Source of the DNA: Schmidtea nova
Taxonomy: Eukaryota
Length of the DNA stretch: 64,000 nucleotides
Assembly (NCBI GenBank): GCA_044892505.1
Contig: CM097882.1
Location: 323,268,001-323,332,000 of the forward strand
Direction of reading: 5' to 3'
In this document: one piece after another, positions 25,592 through 40,180 of the stretch
How positions within the stretch are numbered: the stretch's first letter is position 1
How the letters are laid out: each line of letters starts with the position of its first letter
Program-made: the position numbers and the translations under genes
Notes under the pieces: model-generated
What the model saw: the letters and a program-made list of their open reading frames with translations, nothing else
What the model was told of the DNA's origin: nothing
The model's database searches: none

Positions 25592-28183
25592 TATTAGATA
25601 GATTGAACAAGTCATACATTGAGCTGCCTGATCAACCATTCAGTCTCGATCAATAATCGATTCTTCTGTGATTAGAAGCCAGTCTTCTGTAATTTAATAA
25701 GGCAAACAATAATAAATAATGTGTTTTATTAAATTTGTTTTCTCTTACTGCGACTCAACTCATGATGACTCACTGGTCTGTCATGCGATACCAGAAACCT
25801 AACCTAATTATTCCGATCGATAATATTTGTTTATCATTTTTTGGATATTTAGAATTTATAACGAAACTACATCAATTTAAATTAAAAGAAAAAAATAAGC
25901 ATACTGACCCACAATTACGATTCAGATATCAATTATCTTGTCATTTAAATTAAATTTACTTACGAAGAAAACTATATAAGCAGATCCAAAAGAGAAAAGG
26001 GGGGAAAAAAAATCTCAGAATAACAAATCGATTAAGTAACGATGACTGCGGTTTCCAAGAGAATTGATTGATATTACGAGAGAAGTAAAGATAATATCCG
26101 ATTAATTATAAAATCGTAAAAGTAGAAGGGAAAGACATTAAGGGAAGGATAAAACTATTCTTTTTGTTAAAATATAAAATAAAGCGAATTAAAACCAGGG
26201 TTTTCAGCTTTCGTATTCTCTGGGTGCGCCAATTCTTTCAACTCTTACTTACAATTTCTTTGTTGAAAATAATCAGCGATTGTTGTTCTAAAAAGGAGCC
26301 AACGATTTCTTGCAGGATGTAACAGACAGCAAGGATTACCAAATCCTATTCTTGTACTGTTCTTTTATTTAATTTCATTACAAAGTTGTAAATTTGATTA
26401 TAATAAAGTATTTTCTTTTGAACATAAAAGTTGGGTTCTGATTTATTAGAAAGTAAACATTACACACAACCATACGAATAACTAATTATATTTATTTGGA
26501 ACACTAGGAGTCAAACTGTGTTAAGATTATCTAACCCCCGCTTTTGACAATAATAATAATGATAATAATAGTAATAATAATAATAATAGTAATAATAAGT
26601 TAAATAATAAATTAAAATGATTTACTTAAAATTTACCTAAACCGCAAAAATTGAGGTCAACACATGCACCCAAAATTCTCACACTCATATATTCACAAAC
26701 ATCAATATGATTGGAAACAACGCTAAATCCCATTAATTGACTATGTTCTGATACTCAAATATAAAGAAGAACAGACAGTCTTTTCTAAGGTATTTGGGAT
26801 TCCAACCATGACGTTTGAAAAAATAAACGAGAACAGAACAAAGAGCAATACAGAAAACTCAGAATCGCCAACAAACACGCCAACTAAGCCATAAACAAAA
26901 GAATAAGAAAAATAATCAGCACGAATGTAAACCTCGTCATTAAATAGAAATACTAAGCAATTTTCAAAATTGCTTATTTTAGAAACTTCCGATTTATTGA
27001 TTAAAAAAATTATTATAACCTATTTTTAGTAACTTTCTAACATTCTAATATATTTTTAGCAATTTATTTTATAATTATTTCTTTTAACTTTAAAGCCAAG
27101 AACCTGACTATAATAATGATTGTACATTGAATTACTTTTTATTTGTGTACAACAAAAATAAATAAATAAAAATAGAAAAATAAATAAACGACGAAACTAA
27201 ATTCTTATTAATATTTACAGTAGTCGCATTTGGGTTGGTTGTTGAGACTCACATGTCCAGATTACTTTTCTTATTTCCTCACATTTGTTGACTTTACTGC
27301 GGTAGAAATTGGCCAGAGTTTATCTTCCAGACTACTCTTTCAGTCATTATCTCTCGAAAACTCAGTCATGGTATATAGAAGATTGGGCATATCCTAGAAA
27401 AACCATCACTTAAATATTTTCTTATACGATCATGACGATTGAAAAAGCATGATTTTTGAAAACCATTTAAACAATTTAGACATCAAAAGCGTTAAATTCT
27501 AACCATATAGATTGATGTTTTCCGATAGTTCATTAATTTTTGAATATTAAGAACTGCTTGTAGTGATATCTATCAAATTTAGTAAAAGTAGTAAATAACT
27601 AGTAAAATATTTACTTTTTATTTAAATGAATAAAACTGAAAATTGCCAAATAAAATATTTAAACAACTTTTCTTTTGACGAATTTTGTTTTCTTCGACAT
27701 TTCTGAATTCATGTAAACATGATTTTACTACTAAATTAAATTATAAATTTACTTACACAATTTTTATATTTAAATTGTTAATAGCTAATTTGAAATATGA
27801 AAAGTAATTCAGTGATTATTAAATTAAATTTGATTAATTTAATATTAATAAGAATCTTTGCATTCAAGATGTGTATGTTTAATAAAATGATACTCATTTT
27901 CATCATCAATATGACTCCAGTTAATCGACAAAATTCACTAACTTCAGTTAATAAAATAAATAAATTTCTTTCTGTTCCAATAGATTAAATTATTCATGAA
28001 TTAGATAATTTTTCTATTGTGTTCAGTTTTTAGTATTTCTGATGATTTTATTCTTTGATACCTAGACTATCTTTATCTGTTTCCATTTTTCTCATTAGTT
28101 CATATTACTTTAATTTTCATCTTTTTGATTTTTTGTCCTCTTTCCTCTCTGTTTTCTACAAATTGGTTTCTATTTGTTCTTTT

Positions 28184-30945
28184 TGTTGGGTTAGCGCAGT
28201 GGTCAGGAACAGTTAATAAGCAAGAACAAATAAATAAAATTAAATAATTAACAAAAAAAGTAAAGAAATAAAAGAAACGGTTAAAGAAAAAGAAAAACAA
28301 TAATCAAAATGTTAATATTACTATAAAAGAAAATGGTAACGGAAATAAAAGTACAAAATCCGTTAAAAAAGTACGAAATTATGAAAAAGGAAATAAATTA
28401 AAAAAATAAATATTTATTTATAAAAATAAATCAAAAATTTAAAAGAAAAACAAGGAAGTAAATATAATTAATCAAAACATATTAAATCAAATAATCTGGC
28501 CAATCAAAGGCTCAGATCGATTCTGATTGGCTGATTGAGTACTGAAATTAGTATAAAAGAGACGCTCAATTAGTTGAAAATAGAGAGACACAAAACGACA
28601 AAAAACTGTTTTTAACATAAACAAACACAGTTTTTTGAAACCGTTTCAACTCGTAGCAGACTGTCAACTTTAACCATTTGAACTAATATCTCACTAATCA
28701 ACTTTGAACTGTTCATTGTTTACTAAACCCAACTTGACAGAATTCTAACTTTATTCAAATTGTGTATCATAAGAATATTATTGTAAGTATTTGTGTTTCG
28801 ATTGATAAATATAAATTTTAAAAATTACTAATGCGTTTCAATTCTTGCATTCATTATGTTTTATTCGAAAGGAAATTTTTTTGAAGTTGTGGAGGCCATT
28901 CAGGTCGCCAACTTTGCGATGATTCAGCCATTAATTTTGCCTTTGGTGTAGAATGGATAGCGGGATCGTCGGCAATTGGTATTAAATAATTGTAAACTGT
29001 TGCAGTAGCAGGGTTCCGGAATTCTAATGTCACTCAGTTAATTCCTTTTGATAGATTCAAAGATGGTTGTTACTAGACTTCAGTTTTGACTAGCTTAATA
29101 ATTATAGAGCCGATTTAATTTAATAATCATAACTTAATAATTCAGTGTAAATCCGTTGGATACAGTTTTGTTCATTTTCCATATTCGCCTCTTCACTGAA
29201 CTTCAGATTTTACTCTACAGTGTTGACGCGCAAACAGATTTAAAATAAAAATCGAGAAAAGGAGTTTTAGACACCACACTGGTAGTCCACCATAAAATTT
29301 TCATGCCTCTCGCTGACTAATGAAAATCTATAACACTGAGTACTGTAATCATTTAGAGAATCAGACGAGCGAAACGCACTCTAAATTAAAAGCATTCGGT
29401 CACTTACCTCCCATGAGATAAAGTAACGACTGACAATATTAATTGCATTCCCTCGTATAGTACTCGCGATAAATAGCAAGGTATGCGTAGTTCGAACACT
29501 CCACAGCTCAGTGACATCACATCGTAACAGAGAACTCTGTGGGGTATGGAAATTTCACTTCGTCGCACGTAAAGTATAGTATTAAAACCTCCATTGAATC
29601 CACATATAACATTAATTGAAAACCCATTAGTGAGATAGACATCTGTTAATTATGACTAAAAGTAAGCGCGTAAACAAGATGAATAAACTCGAATAGATAA
29701 ACTCTAAAAACCCATTAGTCGACTGATGAGATATAGAATTCGTTAAGTGCATGCAATTAAATTAAATTTTCCTATACTAGTGTCAAAAATTAATAATAAA
29801 ATTTCTACTGATTGTGGTAAAGGGTCATTGCATAATTACGTCACGCCAAAAAGACCATTTTGACTAACCCACCCACCCTGTCACTCTTGGTCACATTTCC
29901 CTAGACCCACACACCCCCAATCGTGACGTCATTTTATTGTTCACGAAATGGGGGTAGCCTAGTGGTACCATAAGCCATTCAAAATATAAATTTACGGACA
30001 GTTGAAACAGATTAAAAAAAATTTAATGATTCAAACAAGTAAAATGAACTTATGGATTTTAAAATTATTTCGAGCACTTCATTTAAAATGTTTAAGCAAG
30101 ATCATTTTAAAATTTTTTTAAAATCGTAGCTTTATTAGTCATAGTTGTCCAGTCAAAGTATCAGCATCATTGTAGCATAGGAAGATTGTTGTAATTAGAA
30201 CTTTTTTGGTCTAACCGGTCCATTATAAAATACAACTAGAAGTGACGCCACGTTCAGCTCAACTCACTCACCCACCCACGTCACGTTTCGTCACGTTTTC
30301 AAAAAATTGTAAACGGTACCTTACCCAGAAATTTGTAGCGGACGACATCAGATATTTAATAAGATCAACGACCTTGGTCGAATAGTACCAAACACCACAT
30401 CGAATGGACCGCCAGTAAAGGGTAAAAAGTGAAAGAGGATCAGCTCGCAGAAGCGACAACGAAAGAAAAGATAATTGATGGAAAAATGATGAAATCGCAG
30501 GATGTGCAATAAACTTTTGTAATGCAAATAACGATCATAAACAAATGTATTACAACGAGTTGATTCTTCTTAATTTATAATTAAACAAAACTTAAATAAT
30601 AAAATAGGGCATATTGGACAAAGCACATTTAAACGGTAAGCTAGGAGTTCAGCGAACGCACTCTAAATTAGTGACTAGTGATAAAGGGTAAGATGGGATT
30701 AGATAAAGACCTTCTATTGGTCAATAAGGAACCCGCGAGAATGGTAGGATCGGGAGTAGTTTTTGCAAAGAAGCTCACCTGCCGATTCACATTCGCCTGT
30801 CATGTACATTACCAAGTTAAGTACATAGGGTATTTACAGGTACATGGACAGTAAGCTTTTTATGTGTTGTAGTGCGACCCAAGATAAACAAAATTTTATA
30901 AAATTAAAAAATACAAAAATTAAAATAAGCACTAGCAACCTAACA
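28184..30945 (+). mobile_element. Complete copy C of the coding-LTR family (2762 bp)
   Basis: TGTTGGG...CCTAACA with TTTT on both flanks; CTGATTGG and TATAAAAG at 28523-28560; GTAAGT donor at 28783; ORF2 remnant 30305-30475 (NCKRYLTQKFVADDIRYLIR..KRISSQKRQRKKR); structured module 30680-30870. Confidence 0.8.
29821..29945. mobile_element. Possible PIF/Harbinger-type MITE remnant inside copy C
   Basis: TAA|AGGGTCATTGCATAATTACGTCAC...CACCCACCC...CGTGACGTCATTT; a related partial copy lies at 30240-30300. Confidence 0.35.
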
Positions 30946-31744
30946 TTTTTATCATTTCCTTTCTCTTTAATCTTCATCTGTTCCCATGATGTCGGCTATT
31001 ATCTAACTAGTTCGATTTTTTAAGCTCCAACTTTTTTCGGTTATGGTGTCTTCAATCCCATTTTGTATATTAATAAATTAGATTGCAGATGATTGCAGAG
31101 TAGTTAGGTATATCAATGTTCGATAAATTTAACACGTTAAATGCCACAATGTTACAACAAATGTATCGGACAAAAGTATTTTTCCTTTTTTGGCTTTTGA
31201 ATTAATTTTTATGAACAAAATCAAAGTCAAAGTCAAATTTATAAAAATTAATTATTATTTTTTAGAGATAAAATTTGTTTCACGTGGCGTGGACGAACAA
31301 AATAAGTGTGAGACAAATATTGTCTCACATGACTTTCAATGTATTAACTAATTCTTATTTTAAATTTCTTTATGCAAAAGATTTTCCTAATAAATTCAAT
31401 CAATTATAGTTCTATCTTCCTCTATCATATTTTAATTTTGGTTTTTCTGTTATGAATGTTTGCGCCCAACCAATGAAAAGTCTTAAGGGACGGACTTGAA
31501 TGCATATCGCAATTTTCGACTAAATAAGACCAACCGCAAATATCCATTCAAAATATCCATTTTTCAATGACAAAGTATGTGTCATACACATCTGTCTATA
31601 CAAATTACTGCATAAATTTAATAAAATCAAAATTACCATAATTTTATTTTTACATGAAGAATTCTTTCAATTCTCGTCGATATTATCTTTAGCTAAATAA
31701 TGTGGAATAGGACGAAGCTCATGAGCTCTTATTTATCTTTAATA

Positions 31745-31975
31745 TGTTGGTGTATGGGTTATTAAAATACTCTGTTACTAGGGTTACGACGACCATGACA
31801 CTTCATGAATCACATGAATTACTCATAACTAACTACTCCTCGGCAATTATGTTGGTGATGTACGCGATGGTATGAGAACCGATAAGCAGGTGACTTTCAC
31901 TACCAAGACTAATCCTCATTATATTCTTCTTGCGGGTTCCTGACTGCCGATAAGTCTTACGTCGAGTCTTCATTA
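31745..31975 (-). mobile_element. 3-prime structured module (I) of the coding-LTR family
   Basis: GACTTATCGG..GGAACCCG..GTCACCTG..GTACATCACCAACATAAT...GTTATG; terminus CACCAACA at 31745. Confidence 0.7.
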
Positions 31976-32821
31976 TTATCTGCATATGTATTGTGGGTTC
32001 ACACTTTGATTCAGAAAGTTTACTTAGTCTGCGTTAGGAGCACATATCAACTATAGCCTTTAATTGCATATAGTATGAAGCATACTATAAGGTCAGCCCT
32101 TCCAAAATCCCAAGCATCATTAGCAATTCACTACAGCAACCATGGCAATCAGTTTATGCATCCAGACTTTCTCAGTTGGAAAATTAAGAACAGTTATAAC
32201 CTATTTTACAGCTGTCGTTGCACTGCGTGCGTACACCAAGTTATTTTTTCATGTATGTTTTTAATAACCGATAACTAAATACTGAGGTTCGGAGATTTTG
32301 TTGTACACTTTAATTATGATTTTATTTAAAGAGAAAAAGTTTAAGTTTAAGAAGAAAAGCGATATTTTTTGTTCGTTTAGGCTATCAGTAGCCTTCCTCT
32401 GCCTTATCGCTACACCAATGACAGCAATTCAGTTCGATAACATTCAAATCTTTATTAAATTTCACATGTTTGTTTGTTCGTTAGAGTCAAATTTTCTAAA
32501 TTAATTTTGATTTACTTTGATTTTATCTATTTAGTTGAAATGTTTCATACAAAAAATTGTAAGATTTTAATATTATTATAGTATATTATTTTAATATGTT
32601 GGGGTTCTATAAAATATTATTCTAAATAAAATAATGTAAATTGATTAATGCATACAAATTCGATCAATTCCTCACAGTAGAAGCACACAATCGGTCCAGA
32701 AAAAAAACAATAAAAGCACATAGATTCGTGCATACTCAGCTAGAGAAATTATTTCTTTATTTAAAACCTGATTGGAACAATAAGCGACTTAAATAATTAA
32801 TCAAAAATTTATTAAAATTTA

Positions 32822-33453
32822 TTAAGCTGTAAGCTGAAAATCAACATATTTTAGATGGAAAAACTGGAAACAAATGACAATTGAAAATATAAATGCATTT
32901 AAAATATGATTAAATCGAAGGGTATCATTATAAGCCTTATAGTATAAGGTATAAAATTTTAAATAAAAAATTCTTATACACTTGTATTTTATACTCCCCG
33001 ACAGGACGTATAAAAACATGATCCAAACTAATTAAATAATTAATTAAGCATGAAATAATCCATCAATCATTGTGAAAGAGAAAAATAAAGTCAGTTTGAC
33101 GATAAGATATTTAAAATGACAAGCAAAGAATTAAAATTTAAGATCGAACGAGTTTCATGTACAAACTTGAAATAGGAAAAAATCCCCAAAATGATTGATG
33201 GGTAACAGTTATATTTAAAGAAATAATTAGGAAAAATTACCACAGTGAGTCAGTATATGAATTCTGATTACATTTGATTGTAGGTGATTGAATTTGCAAA
33301 ATAATTATTCTATTGAAATTGGAAACTATTGTTGTATTCTTGAGAAACTTGTGATATTTATTTAATTAAATATTTATTTTGATGAATTTGTCTTATTGAT
33401 TTTATAGAAAAAAACACAGGAGTCAGAACGCTGATTGTGAAACTAATTTCATG
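32822..33453 (-). pseudogene. 3-prime half (TM5-TM7/H8) of a rhodopsin-type peptide GPCR pseudogene
   Basis: Continues in frame from 46303 once the insertion is removed (..IIYNMI|HEISFTISVLTPVFFSIKSIRQI). IMFLYVLSGSIKYK resembles the NFxLYxxSGxxFR motif. Confidence 0.6.
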
Positions 33454-36235
33454 AATCTGTTGAGTTAGTACAACCTATAAAAATAAGTATTAAATCGAAA
33501 ATAATGAAATAGTAATAGAATAATTAGGAACATAAATAAAATGTAAAATAATTAAAGAAAACTAAAAAAATAATAAATTATAATGAGCCGGAAAATAATA
33601 ATACAAAAGAAATAAAATAAAATTGAATAAAAATTAGAAAACCGCTAAGTATATACAATTGACCGAAAAAAGGAATTAAATTAAGAATTAAATAAAAATA
33701 AATCAGAAAAATAAATTAATAAAAGATGATTAAAAGGGGAAGGAAAAAATCAAACTTCTAAATCAATTTAATTGAGTATCCAATAAAAATACGGCTAAAA
33801 TTTGATTGGTTATTTGAGCGCCAAAATCACTGAATAAGGACGGCTCAATCAGTTGACTCTAACAGTTAAACTTTTACAAAGACTAGTTTTTGCTTACTGT
33901 AAAACTGTTATGTACAAGCTTACTCTTGAATATTTTGCGAATCATTTTGGAAGATATTTGTAAGAAGATTCATTTGTAAGTATTTTCTGTTTAACCCATT
34001 TTGCCTGAATTTTTTCTCAAAATTTATAATAATTTCTTCAAATCATAATGTTATATGATACATAATATTTAAAATTTTTTTTTTGCTTTCGTATTGGTTT
34101 TATACGAGTTTTTCGAGATGTTCCATATTTGTAACACTGGGAATAATATTAAGTAGGCGTTATAAAGCTAAATTAAGAAAAAGGTTATTTCAACACAACT
34201 AAACTTATAAAATAGCGTAGATAGGTAAGTCAAGGTATGTAAGTATAATTATTTATTTACTTACATGTAGCTACATATAATAAACATTTTATGATAATCA
34301 ATATCTTATAATGAACATCTTATACTATAGTAGAGGATAGATAGCTATCTAGATCAAGCCAAATTCTTTTTGAAAATAACATAATTAAACATAGAAATTA
34401 CATAATTATATATATATTTTTGAAAAATTGCATAATTGTCCATTTTCATTGTGTAATTCTCAAATAAAAATACATAAATTGCATAAGATTTTTATAAATC
34501 TATATATTTATGATCTAATATTAATATAAATCTATTATACAATACTATATATCGATTCATATGATTATTACATAATATTAAATATTGATTCATACAGTTG
34601 TTACGTAGTATATTATTATTATTATTAATAATAATAATAATAATAATAATAATCAAAAAAAAATAAAATAAAAGTAAAAGTTTTTTGTTTAATAACATTT
34701 TTCTACATTTATTTTTTGACAAATACTTGTCAGAAATTACAAAATTGAAATCAACTTCAATATACAGAAACTTTGGGATTTGAACCTGGGCATTTTTTAC
34801 AATTTTCAATCAAAATTTTTTTCAACAAAATTATTATTATAAAACTTTTAAGCAAAAACAATAAAATTTTTTAAGATATGATAGTTATTAAATAAATTTA
34901 CTTGAAAAGAAATACTCATATAAATCTCACATATAAAAGTTAAGAAAAAATTGATCTATGTAATTTTTATATACAAATTTCAATGGATAAATATTACTTT
35001 AACTGAATTTTAGCACTCAATTGTTTTTTCATGTTATAGAGACATAAATGTTTGAATACAGATTAGTATCGAATTTTTATTGTAAATGGCAAATACATAT
35101 AAATTATTTTTAATGACTTCAAATATTTGTCTTAAATATATTTTAAATGGACAAACACATGTAAATATTTTAACTGGGTAAATAGAATTTTATAAACAAT
35201 TTTATCTCTCAAATTTTCTAATAGATATTAAAAATTTCTAAACGATTTCAATGTATTAATTTCAAGATAGATATCAAACATACGATCAAAATAGTTTGAT
35301 ATTTAAGAATTTTTTCTCAATACAATAATATTTTTAAAAAAAGATATAATAACTAAATCCGAGAGTTTTTATTACACAATAAGAAAAGTTAAAAATGAAT
35401 TTCTTTTCAAATTATTTTAATGATATCAAAAAGTAGATTATCAGAGATGGGACAAAATTATTTTAAATTAATTATGATTTATTACGTTAACTAAATTCTA
35501 CAAAAGACACTAGTGAAAAATCAATTTTTTAAACAAAGTTTAATAATAATAATAATATTTAATACTAATAAAAGATTTACACAGAAAAAATATTATTATA
35601 AAATATATAGTAGTAAAAAGACAAATCTTTATATGCAAAACTTTATTAAAATCCAAAAGAAAGTCTTGCACTTTTAATTTTCAAAATTGGTGTCATAACA
35701 TCCTTTTGATCGAATTTATAGCCCTGAATTGTGATATCAATATAACAATTTTCCATATCTTTGAATTCTATTTCTTAAAATACATCATGGAATCTATTAT
35801 GACGAACATTGATAAACATGTTTTCATTACAAAATAGTTTTAAAACTTTATTGACTGTGATGGCATTTTCCTTAGATATTTTACCATAAAGATTATAATA
35901 CCAAGTTTTACTCAGTTTAACTGAAAACATTTACTTAATTTCATTTATCAATATATAAATTTGATGATCGAGATACAATTTAACTGGTTTCACATCATCT
36001 TTGATCTAACTGGCTTGATAGATTCATTGTTACTAAATAATTTTAATCCTTCCAAAATTATATTAAACACAAGAGAACTTTTTATAATACAAGTTAATAA
36101 CCAAACAAAAGATGAATACTTTAAAATACTTAAACAAATACAACTAAAAACATTTAAGATTTATAAAAACATACAAAAAGAATCAAAATATAAGACTAAA
36201 AAGCCAAAATATGAAAATAAAATTTTATTCATTAA

Positions 36236-36516
36236 TCAAATGATCTTTATGCATCTTTCGAGAGCATAAAGAAGCTCCTCCTTATCTTTTAAAAGCTTCC
36301 AATTCGGGCAGCATTTACAATGAATGCAACAAATTGGTTCTAATTTGATGTTAGTCCTTTCTAAATTTCTTTTGTGTTCTAGTATTTGTTCGATATCGAG
36401 TCCAGTAATTAATACGATTTTTAATTTTACCAAATCCGGTGCCCAAAAGATTAAATCCTTCATTTTATAAGGATACATCTTACTCACGGTACCAACCAGT
36501 ACGTTTAAAAGTGTTT
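36236..36516 (-). CDS. Putative terminal exon of unknown function inside the piggyBac-bounded segment
   Basis: ttttAG acceptor, then ~93 open codons ETLLNVLVGTVSKMYPY...PICCIHCKCCPNW...ERCIKII*. Confidence 0.4.
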
Positions 36517-36582
36517 CTAAAATAAAATAAAGTAAAACAAATCAAAAATAAATAAACTAACCATCTCACTCATTTTGATAAT

Positions 36583-36711
36583 NNNNNNNNNNNNNNNNNN
36601 NNNNNNNNNNNNNNNNNNNNNNNNNNNNNNNNNNNNNNNNNNNNNNNNNNNNNNNNNNNNNNNNNNNNNNNNNNNNNNNNNNNNNNNNNNNNNNNNNNNN
36701 NNNNNNNNNNN
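36583..36711. other. Assembly gap
   Basis: N run. Confidence 1.
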
Positions 36712-37423
36712 ATTATTGTTATGGTCCTTATTATTATTATTATTATTAAACAATTGCGGACGTCCTTGCGGACACCGGATAGTCCCCCCTATGTTCGATG
36801 CTTGTCAGCAAACTAAAATAATTTGATCCGGAGAAATAATAATTAAAATTATAATGCAAAAATTCAGAAAATAAATCAAGAAAGCAAATTGATTAAAAAA
36901 CAAATTGCCAAAAACAGTAGGAATAAAGAAAAAAATAAGAAACAAGGAATTGCTTAGGAAAAAACAAACAATTATGAACGCAAAATGGAAGCAAAGTAAA
37001 TCCAAGTGTAATTGTATGAATGCGGAATTAAACGCAATTTTATCATTGTGAGTACCTTTCAATTTTTACTTTCTTTGTAATAAAGTTTTATTGTTATTAT
37101 GAATTTTGTTTTTGTTACATATTAAATTATATTGAATAAATATACAGTCTCGCAGTCACAACAATTTAACAAACAACACAGCACACACCCCGAGTGTCCC
37201 AACATAAATCTGTGACTCTCTCGGGCTCTACAAATCTCTCCCTCAATACACATCCTACACACTATATTAACCAAAAACATTATTTCTACACAATACTAAT
37301 TGACAACTTCAATTCACAACATTCATCACAACATAATCCTCCATTAACCTTAACAATTCTCAATAAAATTCCATTAGAACAATATAATCCTCCATTAACA
37401 TATAACAATATAACAATATATAT

Positions 37424-37429
<6 letters not shown>

Positions 37430-37494
<65 letters not shown>
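37430..37494. repeat. (TA)n microsatellite
   Basis: Pure TA run. Confidence 0.97.
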
Positions 37495-37500
<6 letters not shown>

Positions 37501-38426
37501 TATGATTTACTTGTTTTGAATGTCTTACGGGTCTGTTTTTAATTAGTTTGTTTTGCACGTAAGTACGAATAGAAGTGTAAGTGCCCGAGAGAGTCTGGAG
37601 TTATCAGTGTGCCAACACTCGGGGTGTGTGCTTTGTAATGTGGAAGACAATAATAAAACAAATAATTAAATAAATTAATTATTAACAGTAAAATTGTTAA
37701 GACAATAAAAGATTAGCTATACAACTCTATAAAAGTTACTTTAGTATGATCTTTCTTATCAACCTCTCTCTTAGGAAGGATGGGGTGTATTGAATGGTTA
37801 GGTGGAACGGGATATAATTCTTTATTTTAGAATACACTGCTTTGCCTATCACTAGTTTCGGATGGACAGAATTTATTTAATGTGTAGATGGAATGGAAAT
37901 ATAATTGGAAATATAATGGAAATATAACGGAAATATACGGGATATAATTCTCTATTTTGGAATACTCTGCTTTGCCAATCACTAGTTTCGGATGGATGGA
38001 ATTTATTTAATGTCTAGATTCTATAGTAATTCTGTTTATTTTCTTGATTCTGTTTTTATTTGGACTTTAGCTTTTTATCTTTTTTAAATTTTTAATAGCA
38101 GCCGTTGACGAGGGAGATTGTAACTTGTAAAGTTGAATTTTCTTTCAGCATAATTTTTAATTTCTAATTTTTTAATCAATTTTTCCATAGCTTACTATAG
38201 TTTCTTTCTATAGTAAGCTATTTGATTTTGCAAATTGAATTTTAAATTAAATTTTGGATTATTATAATTCTAAATTATAATAATAATAATAATAATAAAT
38301 TTACACACAACGAAATAGGGGGTTCCCGGTGACCGCAAGGGCACCGTCCATAACAATGACGGCGCTTACCTCATCACACGAGAATAACAATAATCATAAA
38401 ATAAATTAAACAATGAAATATGACAT

Positions 38427-38464
<38 letters not shown>

Positions 38465-38599
38465 AAATATTTCAACACACACAACTCAATGAAAAACATA
38501 CACAAATTATGCATACATGTGAAAACGTTAGGTAATGCTTACTAAAGTAACTAGTATTTCATCATCCTCGATCTTTGACTTAACTCACGATAATCAAAC

Positions 38600-40180
38600 G
38601 TTTCAATGTCAAATATTACACATGACTAATATATTGAGACATAACGGATTTACATTACTCAAAGTTTTAAACCTTTTCTGATTCATATTTGTAATTATGT
38701 TTCTTCGATAGCTCATATTAATAAATTAGGGTTCTGATATCAGCAATATCTGTATGATCTAAGAATTACAAAAAATATTTCACAATATTCAAAAGTTTTA
38801 TTTGGAGGATTTACAATAAAAGATTTAATAAAATCATCGCATTTAAACTACGTAGATCAAGCCATGCATGATATTGAATGATTTTCAATTGATTTTTAAA
38901 AGTTAATGACAACATAGATAATTTATTGATAAATGTTAAAAATAATCAGAAGAAAAATGGTGAAAAATCCATCTTTCTAATTTGTTGAGTAATTAAATAA
39001 TCACATTGTTATCTATATTTACCAATACTTTAATTTTACATTAAAAATTAATTTTATATATTTTAAATTCAGTAATTTTCAGACAAAATAATTAATTTAG
39101 TAATTATCTATATCAAAAATTAAAATACTACTAATTCTACATTGAAAATAAATCATAATATTATAATTAAATTTAGTTAGCATGACTATTTATTTGGCAA
39201 CAATTCAAATAAAAATTTATTCTAAATAACTAATTTTTGCTAAAATCAAATACAATTTATTCTGACTAAATTTTAACATAAGTATTATTTTAGAAATACA
39301 CATTGATTCCATTTTAAATTCCATTTTAAAATTTTCAACTTTTTCTCAATTAATATTTTATCAAATTATTGATTTCAGTAAATTTAAAATCTATTTAAGA
39401 TTGAAACTAATGTCAATTTAATCAAAGGTTATGGCTAAAATTCAGATGATTACAGTGATTATAATAATTTTAGAGTATACAAATAGAAATTCAAATAACT
39501 TTCAAAGAATTTTCATGACAATTTTAGTTAATTAGAGGATATTTATCTATTTATGAATAACTTGTCATAAAAAAGAATCAGTTACAAAGAAATCTTGATT
39601 AAAAGATATATTAATTCTTCAATTTGATCAACTACTTACTAATTAATTCTTTATTTAAATGAATGGAAGTTTAATTTTTTGTGAACCAAAACTGATTTTA
39701 CTTTGATATTTCAAACTCATATTGTAGTAAAATTATTTGAAAATCAAAATGTCATTCTTAAAATATAGTGAAAATATTTCATACTTAAAACCTAATGAAT
39801 CTTACCAATTAAAAATCTCATTGCAGTAAATAAACTATAATTTAAAAGAAATTTATTATTATTACCATTTTTCCTATTATCGACATTCAAGTTTAAAAAG
39901 TACTATAATATAGTAACTAAAACCCGTCTAAACCTCGATATTCAAGTGGTTAGAGACACTTTAAATCTTTCATTGAAAATCACTAATTTAATAGAATTAA
40001 TGACTATCGAATAAAATACATCGAAATTCTCTTCAATAAATATACAACTCAATAATTCACCATTAAAATTCATTTCACAATGATTATTTCCGTATGAAAA
40101 ATGTTTCCCTCTTAGTGAATTTCCTCATTTACAAAGATTTACTCCATCTAAAAGGATTTCATCGATACACTAAATTAAAT
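38600..40180 (-). pseudogene. Possible degenerate LRR-type host gene fragment (cargo)
   Basis: Codon-like stretches with stops, including HLNFSHN, INISFNQ and CDDFIKSFIVNPP-like fragments. Confidence 0.3.

Noticed and set aside
37194-37558. ORFs with IYIYIY runs (also 47404-47692, 58092-58517 and 59932-60193)
   Set aside because: Translations of TA microsatellites.
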